Below, in pieces: positions 26,011 to 38,624 of a stretch of DNA of 64,000 nt. This DNA is from Heteronotia binoei. Lineage: Eukaryota. The stretch covers positions 183,768,001-183,832,000 of the forward strand of contig NC_083243.1 of the NCBI RefSeq assembly GCF_032191835.1. Reading direction: 5' to 3'. Under the pieces are notes generated by a model, which had not been told where the DNA came from, made no database searches, and saw only the letters and a list, made by a program, of their open reading frames with translations. Position numbers and translations under genes: made by a program. How positions within the stretch are numbered: the first letter of the stretch is position 1; each line of letters begins with the position of its first letter.

Positions 26011-26150
26011 NNNNNNNNNNNNNNNNNNNNNNNNNNNNNNNNNNNNNNNNNNNNNNNNNNNNNNNNNNNNNNNNNNNNNNNNNNNNNNNNNNNNNNNNNN
26101 NNNNNNNNNNNNNNNNNNNNNNNNNNNNNNNNNNNNNNNNNNNNNNNNNN
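26011..26150. other. Assembly gap (140 N)
   Basis: Run of N. Confidence 0.99.
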
Positions 26151-26797
26151 CTACAAATCAAATCCCAGTCACAACCTCTGGACCTAGAAACTTGAAAATT
26201 GGGGAGAACATTCCTTTCATGATGTAGACAGCCACTAAGAAAGAATTTTGAGAAATTCACTCCCTAAGGGGGTAAAAAAGAGTAAAATGTGTTTTCCCAT
26301 AAAAATACAACGTGGCTTGAAGGCTGCTGCCTCTTCCCTCGCTCACAGAGACAGTTATAGCAAATTGTCATTTGCATAACTCACCTGATTGGACATCACC
26401 CCACCATTTTAAAGCTCACTAGGCTTGCCAGTCTTTCTGTGGAGCCTGGCTGCTCTGAGTTACAAGACAAGTCTTTGACCTACAAATCAACCCCCAGCCA
26501 AAGCCCCTGGGCCTAGAGACTTGAAATTTGGGAAGAACATTCTTTTCACGATGTACACAGCCACTAAGAAAGGATTTTAAAGAATTCACCACCTAAGGGG
26601 GTAAAAAGGAGTAAAAATCTGTTTCCCCATAAGGATACAGCGTGGCTTGGAGGCTGCTGCCTCTTCCCCCTCTCACAGAGACAGTTAGAGTAAAAGGTCA
26701 TTTGCATAAGCCACCTGATTGGACGTCACCGCCAACATTCTAAAGCTCACTAGGCTTGCCAATCTTCCTGTGGAGCCTGGCTGCTCTGAGTTACAGT
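26151..26797 (+). repeat. Tandem duplication, ~329-bp unit, two copies, abutting the gap
   Basis: CTACAAATCAA... at 26151 and 26480; both units end ...GGCTGCTCTGAGTTACA. Confidence 0.85.
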
Positions 26798-27369
26798 TAC
26801 AGGAACCTGCTGACAACATTCCATACCTCATCTCCCCCCCCCCCCCAAAAAAAAACAGTTTAAACACAGAGGTCATTTGCATATGCGGTCTGATGGGTCC
26901 TCACCCACAACATTCTAAACAGTATGCATTTCCTATTGGGAGTCATTGAATGTGCCCTGAGGTAAAATGCACCTCCCAGTCTTCCTCTAAACATTCACTA
27001 GGGATTTCACATAAAAGCCAGCATGAAAACTGAGCTTTCAAATTATTGGGTGGGGGCAGTGCATGACCTTTCGAGGGCCTGTTTGGGAGTGAGCCTCTCA
27101 CATGAACATGCTAATTTGTCCACCACACCACCGTTTCCTCAGGCTAACTCCCCACCCCACCCCCACACACCTCTCACAGCCATCACCACTTACTGCTCTC
27201 AAGAAAACTCCTGGCAAATGTCATGTAAGATACACCAATGCTACGAAGAGAAAGTAACTTCGAGATGCAGCAAAGAAATTCACAAATAGTACTTACATAC
27301 CTTAGTGAAGCATGAGTATCAAGCTAGTTTTTATATAAATTAGAAAGACCATATGAAAAGTATCACATG

Positions 27370-27560
27370 GAGTTGCCTTATGCTGAATCAGACTCTTGGT
27401 CCATCAAGGTCAGTACTATCTAATCAGACTGGTAGCAGCTCTCCAGGGTCTCAGAAAGAATCTCTTGACTTCATCTACTATCTAGTCCTTTAAGAGGAGA
27501 TGCTAGGGATTGAATATGGGACCTCTTGCAGGCAAAGCAGAGACTCTTCCGTGGAGCCAC
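27370..27560 (-). mobile_element. Older diverged Squam3-like SINE
   Basis: GTTGCCTTATGCTGAATCAGAC...GGGATTGAATATGGGACC...GAGCCAC, homologous to the copies at 2436-3331. Confidence 0.7.
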
Positions 27561-27921
27561 AACCTCTCATGTGCTGAAATTCATTTCTCTCAACTTCAAG
27601 ATTATTAGAATTATTTTACTTTCCTATAAATACTGTATAATCTTTTGCCTGATCAGAATTTTCCAAATTTTCCTCCAAAATTACAGTAGACAAAATTCAA
27701 CTTTATATTTTATTGATTAAAGGTACCAAAGAACTGCTTCCAGATTGCACAGTGTCAAGAATCTTTACAGATGTTCAAGCCTGGTTAGCAAATCACCAGA
27801 CCCACTGTTTATAACCACTTATTCTGGAAAAATAGGTATTCAAGTCCCAGACCTGAGTCACCTACAGCCTGCTGTAAGACATGTTATCTGCCAGATAAGC
27901 TGCCATAATTGTACTTTAAGG

Positions 27922-28682
27922 AATTCGGCCCATATGGCTGGCTGCGGCAGCGGCTAAAGGCCGGGGGCCGTTCTTTGCCTGCCCAACTGGATCAAGAGGC
28001 AGATGCATGAGCCCGGGCATCTGGGAGCTGCTCATGGGTGGAGTGCCGGGGCTATATTAGTCCCGCCCCCCGCCCATGCCTGCACAGTTCCCTGGAGCTC
28101 TCAGCCCACCCTGCAGCAGTACAGGTGATACCAGTCGCCTTATTAGGGGCCAGATAGGAATTTTTTCATTCTCACTTGATTGGCCTTAGTGGGTGTGTTT
28201 TTCGCCTACCTTGTACTGCTTGATAATTAGAGACTAGTATATTACATTGGGTTTGGTTAGTTAAGCGGCCACTTGGCAGTAGGAGGAATGGACTGCAGAA
28301 TTCATTGGTGAGCACTCCAGGCGCTGCACCAGTTGAGTGCACGTGGTCTGCGTAAGCGGCAGATGGTCTTCACGGCTCAATGTCTTAATGGCAGACCACA
28401 ATGGAGCCTTCATGTGGGCAGATCTCTCTTGGCAGATTGATGCTGCCCAGTGGTAGGTATTGTTAGGCCTGGCCGGGCCGGCACCAGCCATAAGGTATTG
28501 GCTAGTGCCGGGGGCATGGGTGCTCGCTTGGTATGGGACAAGGAGGGGTCAGGGATTGACCCCAGGGCTCTTACCATTCTGTCTGCCCTCACCATCCTAG
28601 TTGGTCAAGTTATGTTAATAAAGCGGCCCTGTTTTACTCCAACATGTTGTGTCCACCACTTTATTCCGTCTGGGTGGGCAAT
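27922..28682 (+). mobile_element. Solo A-spacer-B terminal unit of an Ngaro-like element
   Basis: Starts AATT; carries spacer motif GTTTTTCGCCTACCTTGTACTGCT; ends AATAAAGCGGCCC...TTATTCCGTCTGGGTGGGCAAT like the B end of the element at 48809-55822; no ORFs. Confidence 0.65.
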
Positions 28683-29324
28683 CTGCTACTGAGATAAGTG
28701 GTCCAACTGCCTATTTTATTTTCTTATTTTTCATGCTGTGCTAACCCAGATTGTATTCAGGAGGAGGAGGACAAATGAAGGTTTTGATTCCAACCAAATG
28801 GATGGCCTCCCTACCCTTTTAAACAAAATCCTGCAACAATGTGTCCCATCACAACCTACATTAAAAAGGAGTTCCAGGACATATGTTATGCTGTGAGATA
28901 TGAGAACTGCCATGGCTGTGCTTGCTGTGAAGAATAAACTGGAATATTTTTTTCAAGAAAAAATATTTATTAGAGTGACAAAAATTGAGAGTCCATTTGT
29001 AATATTCATGAATCAAGAGAAATTACAATTTCTGCCTCAAGATGAGGAACTAAGGCTTATGAATACTTATTTAGAAGGAATTCCACTAGAACCCAGTAAA
29101 GCTTGATTTTCAGTCAACACAAAGAATCATCTGACTGTAAATTTACTGTTCTCATAACTTTGTCCTTTTTGAGTGGAAAACTAAAATATGTGAAATATTC
29201 AAGAGCAATCACTGAGCAAACAAGCAAAAAAAATGGAACTTGAGACATTCACAGTTCCTCATCTTGAGGCAGAAATTCACTTAGTTCCTCATCTTGAGGC
29301 AGAAATTGCCATTTCAATGTCAAG

Positions 29325-31090
29325 GTCAGGGACAAAGGAGGCTATTGGGGAGCAATTGTCTCAGAGGCATCCACTTGTATGTGGTGTGCCTCAGGGGGCG
29401 GTTCTCTCCGCGATGCTGTTTAACATCTACATGCGCCTCCTCACCCAGATTGTCCAGAGATATGGGCTGGGTTGTCACCAGTATGCGGATGACACCCAGT
29501 TCTATCTATTGATTGGAGGCCAGTCCAGCTGCGCCCTGGAAGATCTAGACCTGGCATTGCAGGCCATTGTGAAATGGCTCAGGCAGAGTCGACTGAAATT
29601 GAATCCAGTGAAGACAGAGGTTCTATGCCTAGGACGTGGTAGTCTGGGTATGCCAGCCTTTGATGGGACACCTATGGCACCAGCTCCAGGGGTCAAGAGC
29701 TTAGGAGTGCTCCTGGAGCCTTCGCTGACTATGGAGGTCCAGGTAGCAGCCACTGCCAAATCCGCATTTTATCACCTTAGATGGATGGCAGCTGGCTCCA
29801 TACCTGGAATGCAATGACCTGGCAACAGTGATTCATGCGATGGTCACCTCAAGATTAGATTACTGTAACACCCTCTACATGGGGCTGCCCTTCACCCAAA
29901 TTCAGAGGCTACAACTAGTGCAAAACAGAACAGCCAGGTTGCTAATGGAGCTACCGGTACAGGAACACATTCATCCTGTGCTGGAAACATTACACTGGTT
30001 GCCTGTGGCATTCTGGATTCGCTTCAAGGTGCTCGTCATAACCATTAAAGCCCTATGTCATGATCTGTGCAGAACTGGGAGACAAGGCCTAGGCCGAGAG
30101 ACCAGAGTGGAAGTAGAAAGCAGACACAGTCTACAATCCCCACAATGCTTGGCGCCCGTTGTAACCAATCAGTGTCCATGGATTGTATGAGGAGATTAAC
30201 ACATAAACTTTGTGGGCTGTGGAACTGTGTTCTTTTCTCTCACAGAGTCAGGCTGGGAGGACAGTCTGTGGCTGAGAGAAGGATCCCTCACTCAAAAGGT
30301 AGAGTGAGTCACAGGCAGTCGGCCTGGGAAAAAGGGCTGTGGGCCCTGACGACTAACAGGCTAGGGGAGTACAGGTAGCCGTGTTAGGGTTTATTTTCAT
30401 TTTCCTTTATACACTGTTATATCTATTAAGCACCTTGCCTTGTTTAAATACCCATCCCTGCATTAATAAACCTTTATCTTTTTAATGTTCTCTGCCTGGT
30501 CATCACGCCTGTGTTTCTTGGCTAAAAGGCGCATTTTTGGTTGGGCTTGGGAGGGTACTCTGGGCCTTCCCAAGGGACCATAAATCCAGAGTGGTGGCAG
30601 TGTTTGGCAGCAACCCATCCGGGTCATCACACCCTATATGGCCTGGGACCTGTCTACCTTTGTGACCGCCTCTCCCCATACATACCCCAGAGAGCACTGC
30701 ATTCAGGATTCCAAAATCTTCTTAAGATCCCCAGACCGAAAGAAGCTTGATCGTTGACCACCAGAGCCAGAGCCTTCTCGGTAGTAGCCCTCACTCTGTG
30801 GAATGCGCTCCCCGGAAACATCAGGGCCCTGCGGTACCTGCCTCAGTTCCGCAGGGCCTGTAAGACCAAACTGTTCAAACTTGCTTTTAGCAGTTAAGGG
30901 GAGGCGGCTATTATTCCACAGTACTGAACTAACATAACTGAAACAAGAAACATCAGAACAACTAGAAGATTAACGTGCATCTTGGACCTTTAATGACTAT
31001 ATAATGGGAATGATTTTATTGTATATTTGTTTTTAGCCGCCCTGAGCACCATCAGGGGAGGGTGGGATATAAATTTGATTAAATAAATAA
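29325..31090 (+). mobile_element. 5'-truncated L2 LINE (RT to 3' tail), interrupted by a solo LTR
   Basis: GVPQGAVLSAMLFNIYM, YADDTQ, LNPVKTEV, SRLDYCN, LHWLP motifs; (TAAA)n tail near 31080. Confidence 0.9.
30056..30631 (+). mobile_element. Solo LTR (576 bp)
   Basis: TGTCATGA ... TCATCACA termini; 5-bp TSD CCCTA; internal AATAAA near 30465; splits the L2 sequence AAAGCCCTATATGGCC. Confidence 0.8.
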
Positions 31091-31549
31091 ATAAAATGAA
31101 TATTTTTTTCCCTTGAAAAATTATCCCAATTTATTCTTCACAGCAAGCACCCCTCTCCTTGCTATTAGTCCCATCACCCTAGGCAATAAAGACCATCTTA
31201 GCCCAGGCCTGGGCATTTTCGGTTGCCATTCTGATACTCTGGAGCAGCCTTCCAATGTGCTGAAACAGAGATACACCCTTCAGAGTTTCCAGCAACCACA
31301 AACTCTTTAAGCATGTTTTCTATGTTCTTTCATTGGGAACAATTACGTATAGGAGCTGTGTTTCTGGCACCCTTTGTTTTAAATCATAATTTGAAGGTCT
31401 TGCTGGAAAAATCCCTTGGAGTTCTGCAGTAGGGGTAACAAAACTGAAATAAAAGGGCTTAAAATTAAAAAAAAGACTACATACATGCACTTGGGGGCAT
31501 TTACAGTGTTAGACAATCTGATATTCTCCAACTTTAGATATTTGACAAT

Positions 31550-31843
31550 AGAAGATGATGATGAAGAAGAAGATATTGGATTTATATCCCGCCCTCCACT
31601 CCGAAGAGTCTCAGAGCGGCTCACAATCTCCTTTACCTTCCCCCCCCCCCCACAACAGACACCCTGTGAGGTGGGTGGGGCTGGAGAGGGCTCTCACAGC
31701 AGCTGCCCTTTCAAGGACAACCTCTGCCAGAGCTATGGCTGACCCAAGGCCATGCTAGCAGGTGCAAGTGGAGGAATGGGGAATCAAACCCGGTTCTCCC
31801 AGATAAGAGTCCGCACACTTAACCACTACACCAAACTGGCTCT
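31550..31843 (-). mobile_element. tRNA-derived SINE with L2-type tail (Squam2-like)
   Basis: Minus head GCCAGTTTGGTGTAGTGGTTAAG...GGTTTGATTCCCC; tail GGGCGGGATATAAATCCAATATC(TTC)n. Confidence 0.8.
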
Positions 31844-32948
31844 CCTTGAAGGATTGGGGTTCTGCTTGAAGGATTGGGGTTTTCCAGTTTCAAGAGTCCA
31901 CATTTTTACAGAACATTTCAAGCCTCCATGTATATAAAGTACATCCACTATCTCTTTGAAACTCATTGCCCACTTCATTCCAGCCGCCCCCCCACCCCCG
32001 GCTCTGCATTCATGTATGTTGAGAGAAAGTTCTGTTCAGTCAAAATACATAAAAAATATGGGATGCACACAGAAGCCATTTGTGTAAGCAAAAGAAAAGT
32101 CTTTGGAAGTGGTACAGAACAGGCATACCCTCCTGCCAATTGTGCAGAGCCCCATCTTGAATGAAGCTGTGATCTGGAAGCTTGTTAGCCATCCATCATC
32201 TCTGCAGAGAGCACAGGCCATCTTTGCATCAGAAAGAGATTTCATTACAACCTGGCAGCATTTAGATCTCAGAAAACACGGATGGCAACAGACTGCAACT
32301 GGCAAAGGACCCGAGTGACTCAGTCTTAGAAACACATGACAGCCCTTGTCAAAAAAAGACAGGAAACTTCCTCAATTTTTGTACGCTGAAAAGGAAAACT
32401 AAGGCTGAGCTTCTCTCAGTGACAGATCTTGGGGCAGAGGTTGGGGGCATTTCCAGTGTTAGACAATCTGATATTCCCCAACTTTAGATAGTTGACAATG
32501 CTTTCAAGCAGAAAAGATATGAGCTTCTCAAATCTACCTTGCCCCCCACCAAGAATTTCACCAAAGGAAGAAAAAGGAGAAAGAAAAAGGTGGAAAATAT
32601 CTCCCTATCAAAATCAGGATGGAAAGAGTTGTACCCACTCATATGAGATGCTGTTATTCTCCCTGCCTCTAGCCTAGTTGAGGGGAGGGACCTCAGTGCA
32701 GTATAATGACATAGAATCCACCCTCAAAAGGAACCATTGTCTCTAGGGAACTCATATCTTCAGTCTGGAGAGCAGTTGTAATTCCAGAAGATTTCCAGGC
32801 ACCACCTGGAGGTTGGCAGTCCTAAACTGTTATGTAACCAATAGAATGGCTGTAGAATGGGTATAATGTGCATACCCTGATAATATTTGAACTCTGGCAT
32901 TCTGTACTAAATGAAGTCTCTGAACTGACAGATCTGGAGCCTGGAGAT

Positions 32949-33159
32949 ATGAACACATGAAGCTGCCTTATACTGAATCAGACCCTTGGTCCATCAAAGT
33001 CAGTACTGTCTACTCAGACTGGCAGCGGCTCTCCAGGATCTCAAGCTGAGATTTTTCACACCAATTTGCCTGGACCCTTTTTTGGAGATGCCAGGGATTG
33101 AACCTGGGACCTTCTGCTTACCAAGCAGATGCTCTACCACTGAGCTACCGTCCCTCCCC
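32949..33159 (-). mobile_element. Squam3-like SINE monomer
   Basis: Same sequence family as 2436-2645. Confidence 0.85.
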
Positions 33160-33329
33160 TAATCTGGAGATCTGGAATTACAACTTATCTCCAGACTACA
33201 TGAGTTCCCCTGGAGAAAATGGCAACTTTGGAGGGTGGCTTCTATGTCATTATACACCATTGAGGTCCCTCCCCTCACCAAATCCCATCTTCCTGAAAGG
33301 TCCATCCCTGAAACTCCAGGAATTTCCCA

Positions 33330-34000
33330 ACACAGGGTTGGTAGCCCTTGTGCCAGGAGATTTGGACAGAGAGATGCAGAGCTGAGTGTCATCAGCATAT
33401 TGATGACACCCAATTCCAAAGCTATGAATTCTTTCTCTAGGGGCTTTACTTAGGGGTTGAGTAATAACAGTGACAAGGCACATTGTAAATCTGCAGCCCT
33501 CAGCTCTAAAGCAAGCCAACTGGAAAAGTCCAAAACAGTTGAAAAACTGTTTTCCAATAGCAACGGCTGAGATTGGTCCATAAGGAACAATTTGAATTAT
33601 TTCAAAGCTTGTCCCCTGACCTACTTCTGCCTCTAAAAGTCTCAAAAAGATGGCATGATGCACTGTATTAGGGGAGGGGCGGTGGCTCAGTGGTAGAGCG
33701 TCTGTTTGGTAAGCAGAAAGTCCCAGGTTCAATCCCTGGCATCTCCAAAAAAGGGTCCAGGCAAATAGCTGTGAAAAACCTCAGCTTGAGACCCTGGAGA
33801 CCCGCTGCCAGTCTGAGCAGACAATACTGACTTTGATGGACCAAGGGTCTGATTCAGTATAAGGCAGCTTCATATGTCCATATGTATTGAAGGCTGCATG
33901 TACATCTAATAGGAGCAACAAAGAGGTATGGTGTTTGTCTACATTCAAACAGAGATAATCAACTAAGACTACCAGTGGCATTTCCATCCCATGCCGATCT
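33330..34000 (-). mobile_element. L2 RT fragment, interrupted by a SINE and a 39-bp filler
   Basis: LVVLVDYL..DK..SLLLLLDVHAAFNT / TVHHAIFLRL ... GCHQYADDTQL on minus; PQG motif missing. Confidence 0.75.
33671..33882 (+). mobile_element. Squam3-like SINE monomer
   Basis: GGTGGCTCAGTGGTAGAG...GGTTCAATCCCTGG...GCAGCTTCATATGT; TGTATT on both flanks. Confidence 0.85.
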
Positions 34001-34326
34001 GAAACCAGACTGAAAAAGATCCAGAGCAGATGAATAATCCAAAAAGACCAGAAGTTGGTCTACTATTGTTCTCACAATCAGTTTGCACAGAAAGGATACA
34101 TTAGAGTTGCCAGATAACCACCTCTTTGAGTTTCTGAGGGAATGTACCCTCAGTCAGTGATCGACTCAGAAGTTGCTAATGTGATTCTTACATGATTCAA
34201 CGGGGATCCAGAGCATGCATGGTGGTTTTCATCGGTCCCAAGTTCCTGCTGATATCCGTCAATGTAACAGGGTCAAAATATTGTAGAATCAGACATCCTG
34301 ATTCATAATCATCCTGATTCAGAATC

Positions 34327-34536
34327 AGGGAAAGGATGGTGGCTCAGTGGTAGAGCATCTGCTTGGGAAGCAGAAGGTCCCAGGTTCAATCCCCGGCATC
34401 TCCAAAAAAGGGTCCAGGCAAATAGGTGTGAAAAACCTCAGCTCGAGACCCTGGAGAAAGAGCCGCTGCCAATCTGAGAAGACAATACTGACTTTGATGG
34501 ACCAAAGGTCTGATTCAGTAGAAGGCAGCTTCATAT
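34327..34536 (+). mobile_element. Squam3-like SINE monomer
   Basis: Box A, box B and body as in the other copies. Confidence 0.85.
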
Positions 34537-35689
34537 CTTCTTCTTCATATCTTCATATCCAGAAACTAATCTTCTCCTTCCCTACTTTGTACTATTGACA
34601 GCAGTCGTGTGCTACAAAATCTACGATAACTGTGGTGTTGGAAGCAGCAGCACTGAAGACTAAAGACTGATTGAGGCCAGCATCAGAAGAAGACACAGGC
34701 TCTTTTTTTGTATGAAGATTATTTCTGCCGCCGCTGCTGCTTGGCATCACAATATCAGATCACTTGCTGAGACTTGCACTTCCTCCACATAGGTGTTTCA
34801 AAATACTTTGCTGCCCTGAGGAGATCTGAGTGTCATGGGTTAGTGGGATACCCACCACCTCCCAGGCCTATATTCTAATGGTAGCCAGAGGCTTATCCTT
34901 CTAGGTGGTGTGGTATGGGGAGGCAATGTACATCTGTCACCTGCACAATCTGTGACGCTGGGCAGCAAGTTCCAGTAGCATTCTCGGAGCTGTTGGATCT
35001 CAACAGTGTGGCAAAATGAGAGAGATGATGAAAGGGACAAGTTGTGATCGTTGCTGACATGCCCTGGTAGTTGCCTACTCCACTACCACAGTCTTCCTCT
35101 AATTGTGGTACCCCAAGCAGCCACCCCTGTTTGTTTTAAATCTTGTAGTCAATTAGGCCTACTGAATCTCTGGAAATGGCAGGATAGGAGGACAAGTGAG
35201 GTGGGGGGAAACACAGAACAGCCTCCCTTAGTGTAGCTAAACTGAACTAGAGAAAAAAAAAATGTAGTGTGCTCAAGGAGCTCTTTAAGCTCTTTAAGCA
35301 TGAAATATTGTGCATTCTACGTAGCAGCCTTAGGATGTTGTTAATTGTAAATTAGCTCCATTAATTATAAATAAATTATACATTGACTTGTTTAATTCAG
35401 AATGAATAACTTAAGGAATTAGAAGGAATGCAAGTAAAATGAGGATGCAAGAATATTCTGTGTTTAACATGAAATATCAGGTGCTAGGACCCAAGCCTGT
35501 CTGAAAGTCACATTCCCTATCCCCCAACCACTGGCAGAGCTTACTAAGAGCATCTTTGGATGTCATAGCACCTGAAAGAAACAGGAAATGGAAGTATGGA
35601 ATACATCTTGATTTTTTTCCCCCTCTTATTCAGGAGGCTCATGTATATTTCCTCTTAGGAAGAGAGGAATACTCTGAGAACACCAAACT

Positions 35690-36195
35690 CCAAGTTCGTT
35701 ACAAGGTGCTGGTTATTACCTTTAAAGCCCTTTATGGCCGAGGACCTGTCTACCTTAGGGACCGCCTCTCTCCATATATCCCCCAGAGAGCACTGAGATC
35801 TAGCTCCCAAAATCTCTTAAAAATCCGTGGACCAAGGGAGGCCAAACTGAAAACGACTCGAGAGCAAGCCTTCTCAATAACAGCTCCCCATTGGTGGAAT
35901 CAATTACCAGCGGAGGTTCGAGCCCTGCAGGACTATAATCAGTTCCGCAGGGCCTGTAAAACTGTCCTTTTTCCAAATGGCCTATGAGATTGAATCCTGA
36001 AGTGACACCTAGCCATCTGATATATACTGTCTTGTATTATAGCACCTTAACTGTTGTGGTTTTAATTAAATTATTTAAATGTATTTTATTGTATAATGTA
36101 TTTATTGTAATCATGGCATTTTCCATGTCTGTAAGCCGCCCTGAGCCTGCCTCGGCGGGGAGGGTGGGTTATAAATAAAAATTATTATTATTATT
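35690..36195 (+). mobile_element. L2 LINE 3' fragment
   Basis: VRYKVLVITFKALYG.GP.YLRDRLSPY...APHWWNQLP; tail TGTAAGCCGCCCTGAGCC...(ATT)n. Confidence 0.85.
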
Positions 36196-37471
36196 AAACT
36201 CATAGGTGAGGAACTATAAACATTTTGCATGTGAGCATCGCTGCTCTCTGATCTTGCGCATGGATTATAAAACGAACCTTCTCACTGAAACAAGTCTTGC
36301 TCCCAAGATTACTCTGTTAGTTCTGACCTCCATTCATTCCCCAAAGGGCTTGCTGTAATGGCCCTGCACCCCATTCATATATAATTGTCAGACAGGCGGA
36401 AATCCAAGGAGGCCACTATCTCAGTAGATATCAATCTTTCATCCTTCCCTTGCTAGGTGTGCTTTTTTGCACATTGTAAATCTGCAGCCCTCAGCTCTAA
36501 AGCAAGCATTGGAAATCGTGATAAAGACATAAAATGCCATAAGTATTCCATAGACACGTCCATATGTTATGAGGAGTAATTTTAAAACATCAATAAAGTT
36601 TGAACGGCATGCTGAATTTTCAAATTCATCATGGTCAGATGAGCTCCGTTTTCATCTTTCTCTGTTGCTTCACTCAATCCTTCAAATTATGACTGCAGAC
36701 GATTAAAAATAGAAGGCGCATGCACCGAATGGTGCTTGCTATATATAGAGAAGAGAATCTCTCCAAATCAAATAACAGTATGCAGAAAGGCATACTGAAA
36801 AGCAATTATTATTTGGATGGAGTCTGAGTGCTTTCCATAAGGGTGAATGTTGAATTTGCAAACTGCAAGTGTGGATTAGTAGAGATGACGGTGGTGGAAA
36901 ACATCACTGTACCATTGCATTTAAAAGGTAATGTCATTTCATGGGATGATAAGTAATCATTTCATGTCTCAGTAACCTCAGACAAAAAAAATGCATTTCC
37001 TGGGAGGTGGGGGGAAGGCTACTGTATGCAAATAAACACTTCAGATAAGGAGGCAGGCTAGAAGTTAAGAGCTTTGTTGTTAAGCATGGTTCACACTGCT
37101 TTGAAGTTGGTTTATTTAAAATAAAAGAACAGTTTTTAAAAATGGATCTATTTTGCTTCCCGGGGGTATTGTTCTTTCTTTCATCAGACTCACTGCCATC
37201 TTTTTTTTTTTAGAAGCAACAGTGAAAACTGTTATAAAGGTCTAATTTGCATAGTTTTGTTGTAACCAGTGTCACTCTCTTCACTTAAAACCTTCATTTC
37301 ACCTTGACTGCATTAAAAAAATCTTCAGGATCAAATTTACCTGCTACAACATGATTCCAGCTCTATGTGCTATTAACATGTTCAACAGTACTGACAGGGG
37401 AGAAATAGTGAGCTAGTTACTTGCACCCAACAGGGCTCTGGAAATTGTCATGGAAGGGTAGGACTAAATAA

Positions 37472-37528
37472 TGGATGGATGGATGGATGGATGGATGGAT
37501 GGATGGATGGATGGATGGGTGGGTGGAT
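37472..37528. repeat. (GGAT)n microsatellite
   Basis: Direct reading. Confidence 0.95.
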
Positions 37529-37780
37529 GAAAAGGAGCACCTGTATTCGTCTTGGTAGATTGTAAGGTAGCGTCCTAAACCAATTCAGCATCTTTGATAC
37601 TACTTGGAGCTTTGGAACAGTTGTTAATTTATTTATTTATAAATTAAATTTTCAGACCACCCTCCCCTGTATACGCAAGGCTCAGGGCAGTTAATAACAA
37701 TAAAACACATCCATAGCTTAATAAAAACAATTCAGGATAGTAAGATAATATACAGGTACAACATAACCAGATGGTGCTAA

Positions 37781-38616
37781 ATTGCCCCCCCAGGCGGAAT
37801 AACGAGACACACACCGGATTAGATTAAAGGGCCACTTTATTAAACTTAACGGCAAGGGCAAAACATGGGGACAGGTCAAGCCAGGGGTCAACCCGACCAC
37901 CTCCTTGACCTGGAACTGGGCGAGCCCCCAAAGCCCCGGGTATGAGCCAATCTAACGGTTCAGACCCGGCCGGCCCGGCATCCTGATCACCACTCACTTG
38001 AGCTCCGCCATCCCCACAGACGTGCAGCCTGGGATGCGGACACTCACTGCGTGCCGGGATCCACAGACTCCCTAGAGCCAACCTTGGGCCGTACAGCTTA
38101 CGGTCCCCCAGGGAAGTCATGCACCAAAATGGCGCGATGCTACGGGAGCTCACCGATCCCCAAAACATAATCCCAAGCACAAACTGCCAGTGACCAACCT
38201 ATATAACGGCACCACCATTCCAATTGCCAGCACCAAACATCAGCAGTACAGGGTAGGCAAAAACACCCCAGAACTTGCAATCCTTCCTGGGCGAAAATTT
38301 CCTACCCGGCCCCATAAACAGGCGACCAGCACATGCCTGAACTGCTTGACGGGCGGGCGGGTGGGCCGAGAGCGAATTTCAGACTGCGTTGGAGGGGGCG
38401 GGAGCAGCCTCTTAAGGCAGCACCACGCCCCCTCTCCCTAAGGAATAAACCATTTGCCTCGCATCCGCGCGGGGAGGCAATGGGTGGCCCCCAGCCTCAG
38501 CGGTCGATGGACCGCTCGGCTGGGAAGGGGCCAAAAAGTTCAAATTGCACTGCTTCATTGGGCGGGGGTGGGGGTGGGGGCAGAAAACAGAAACACAGGG
38601 AAGGGGAGCGCCAAAT
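37781..38616 (-). mobile_element. Solo A-spacer-B terminal unit of an Ngaro-like element
   Basis: ATTGCCCCCCCAGGCGGAATAA end; GGGCCACTTTATT (AATAAA on minus); spacer CAGCAGTACAGGGTAGGCAAAAACAC. Confidence 0.65.
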
Positions 38617-38624
38617 CAGATGGA

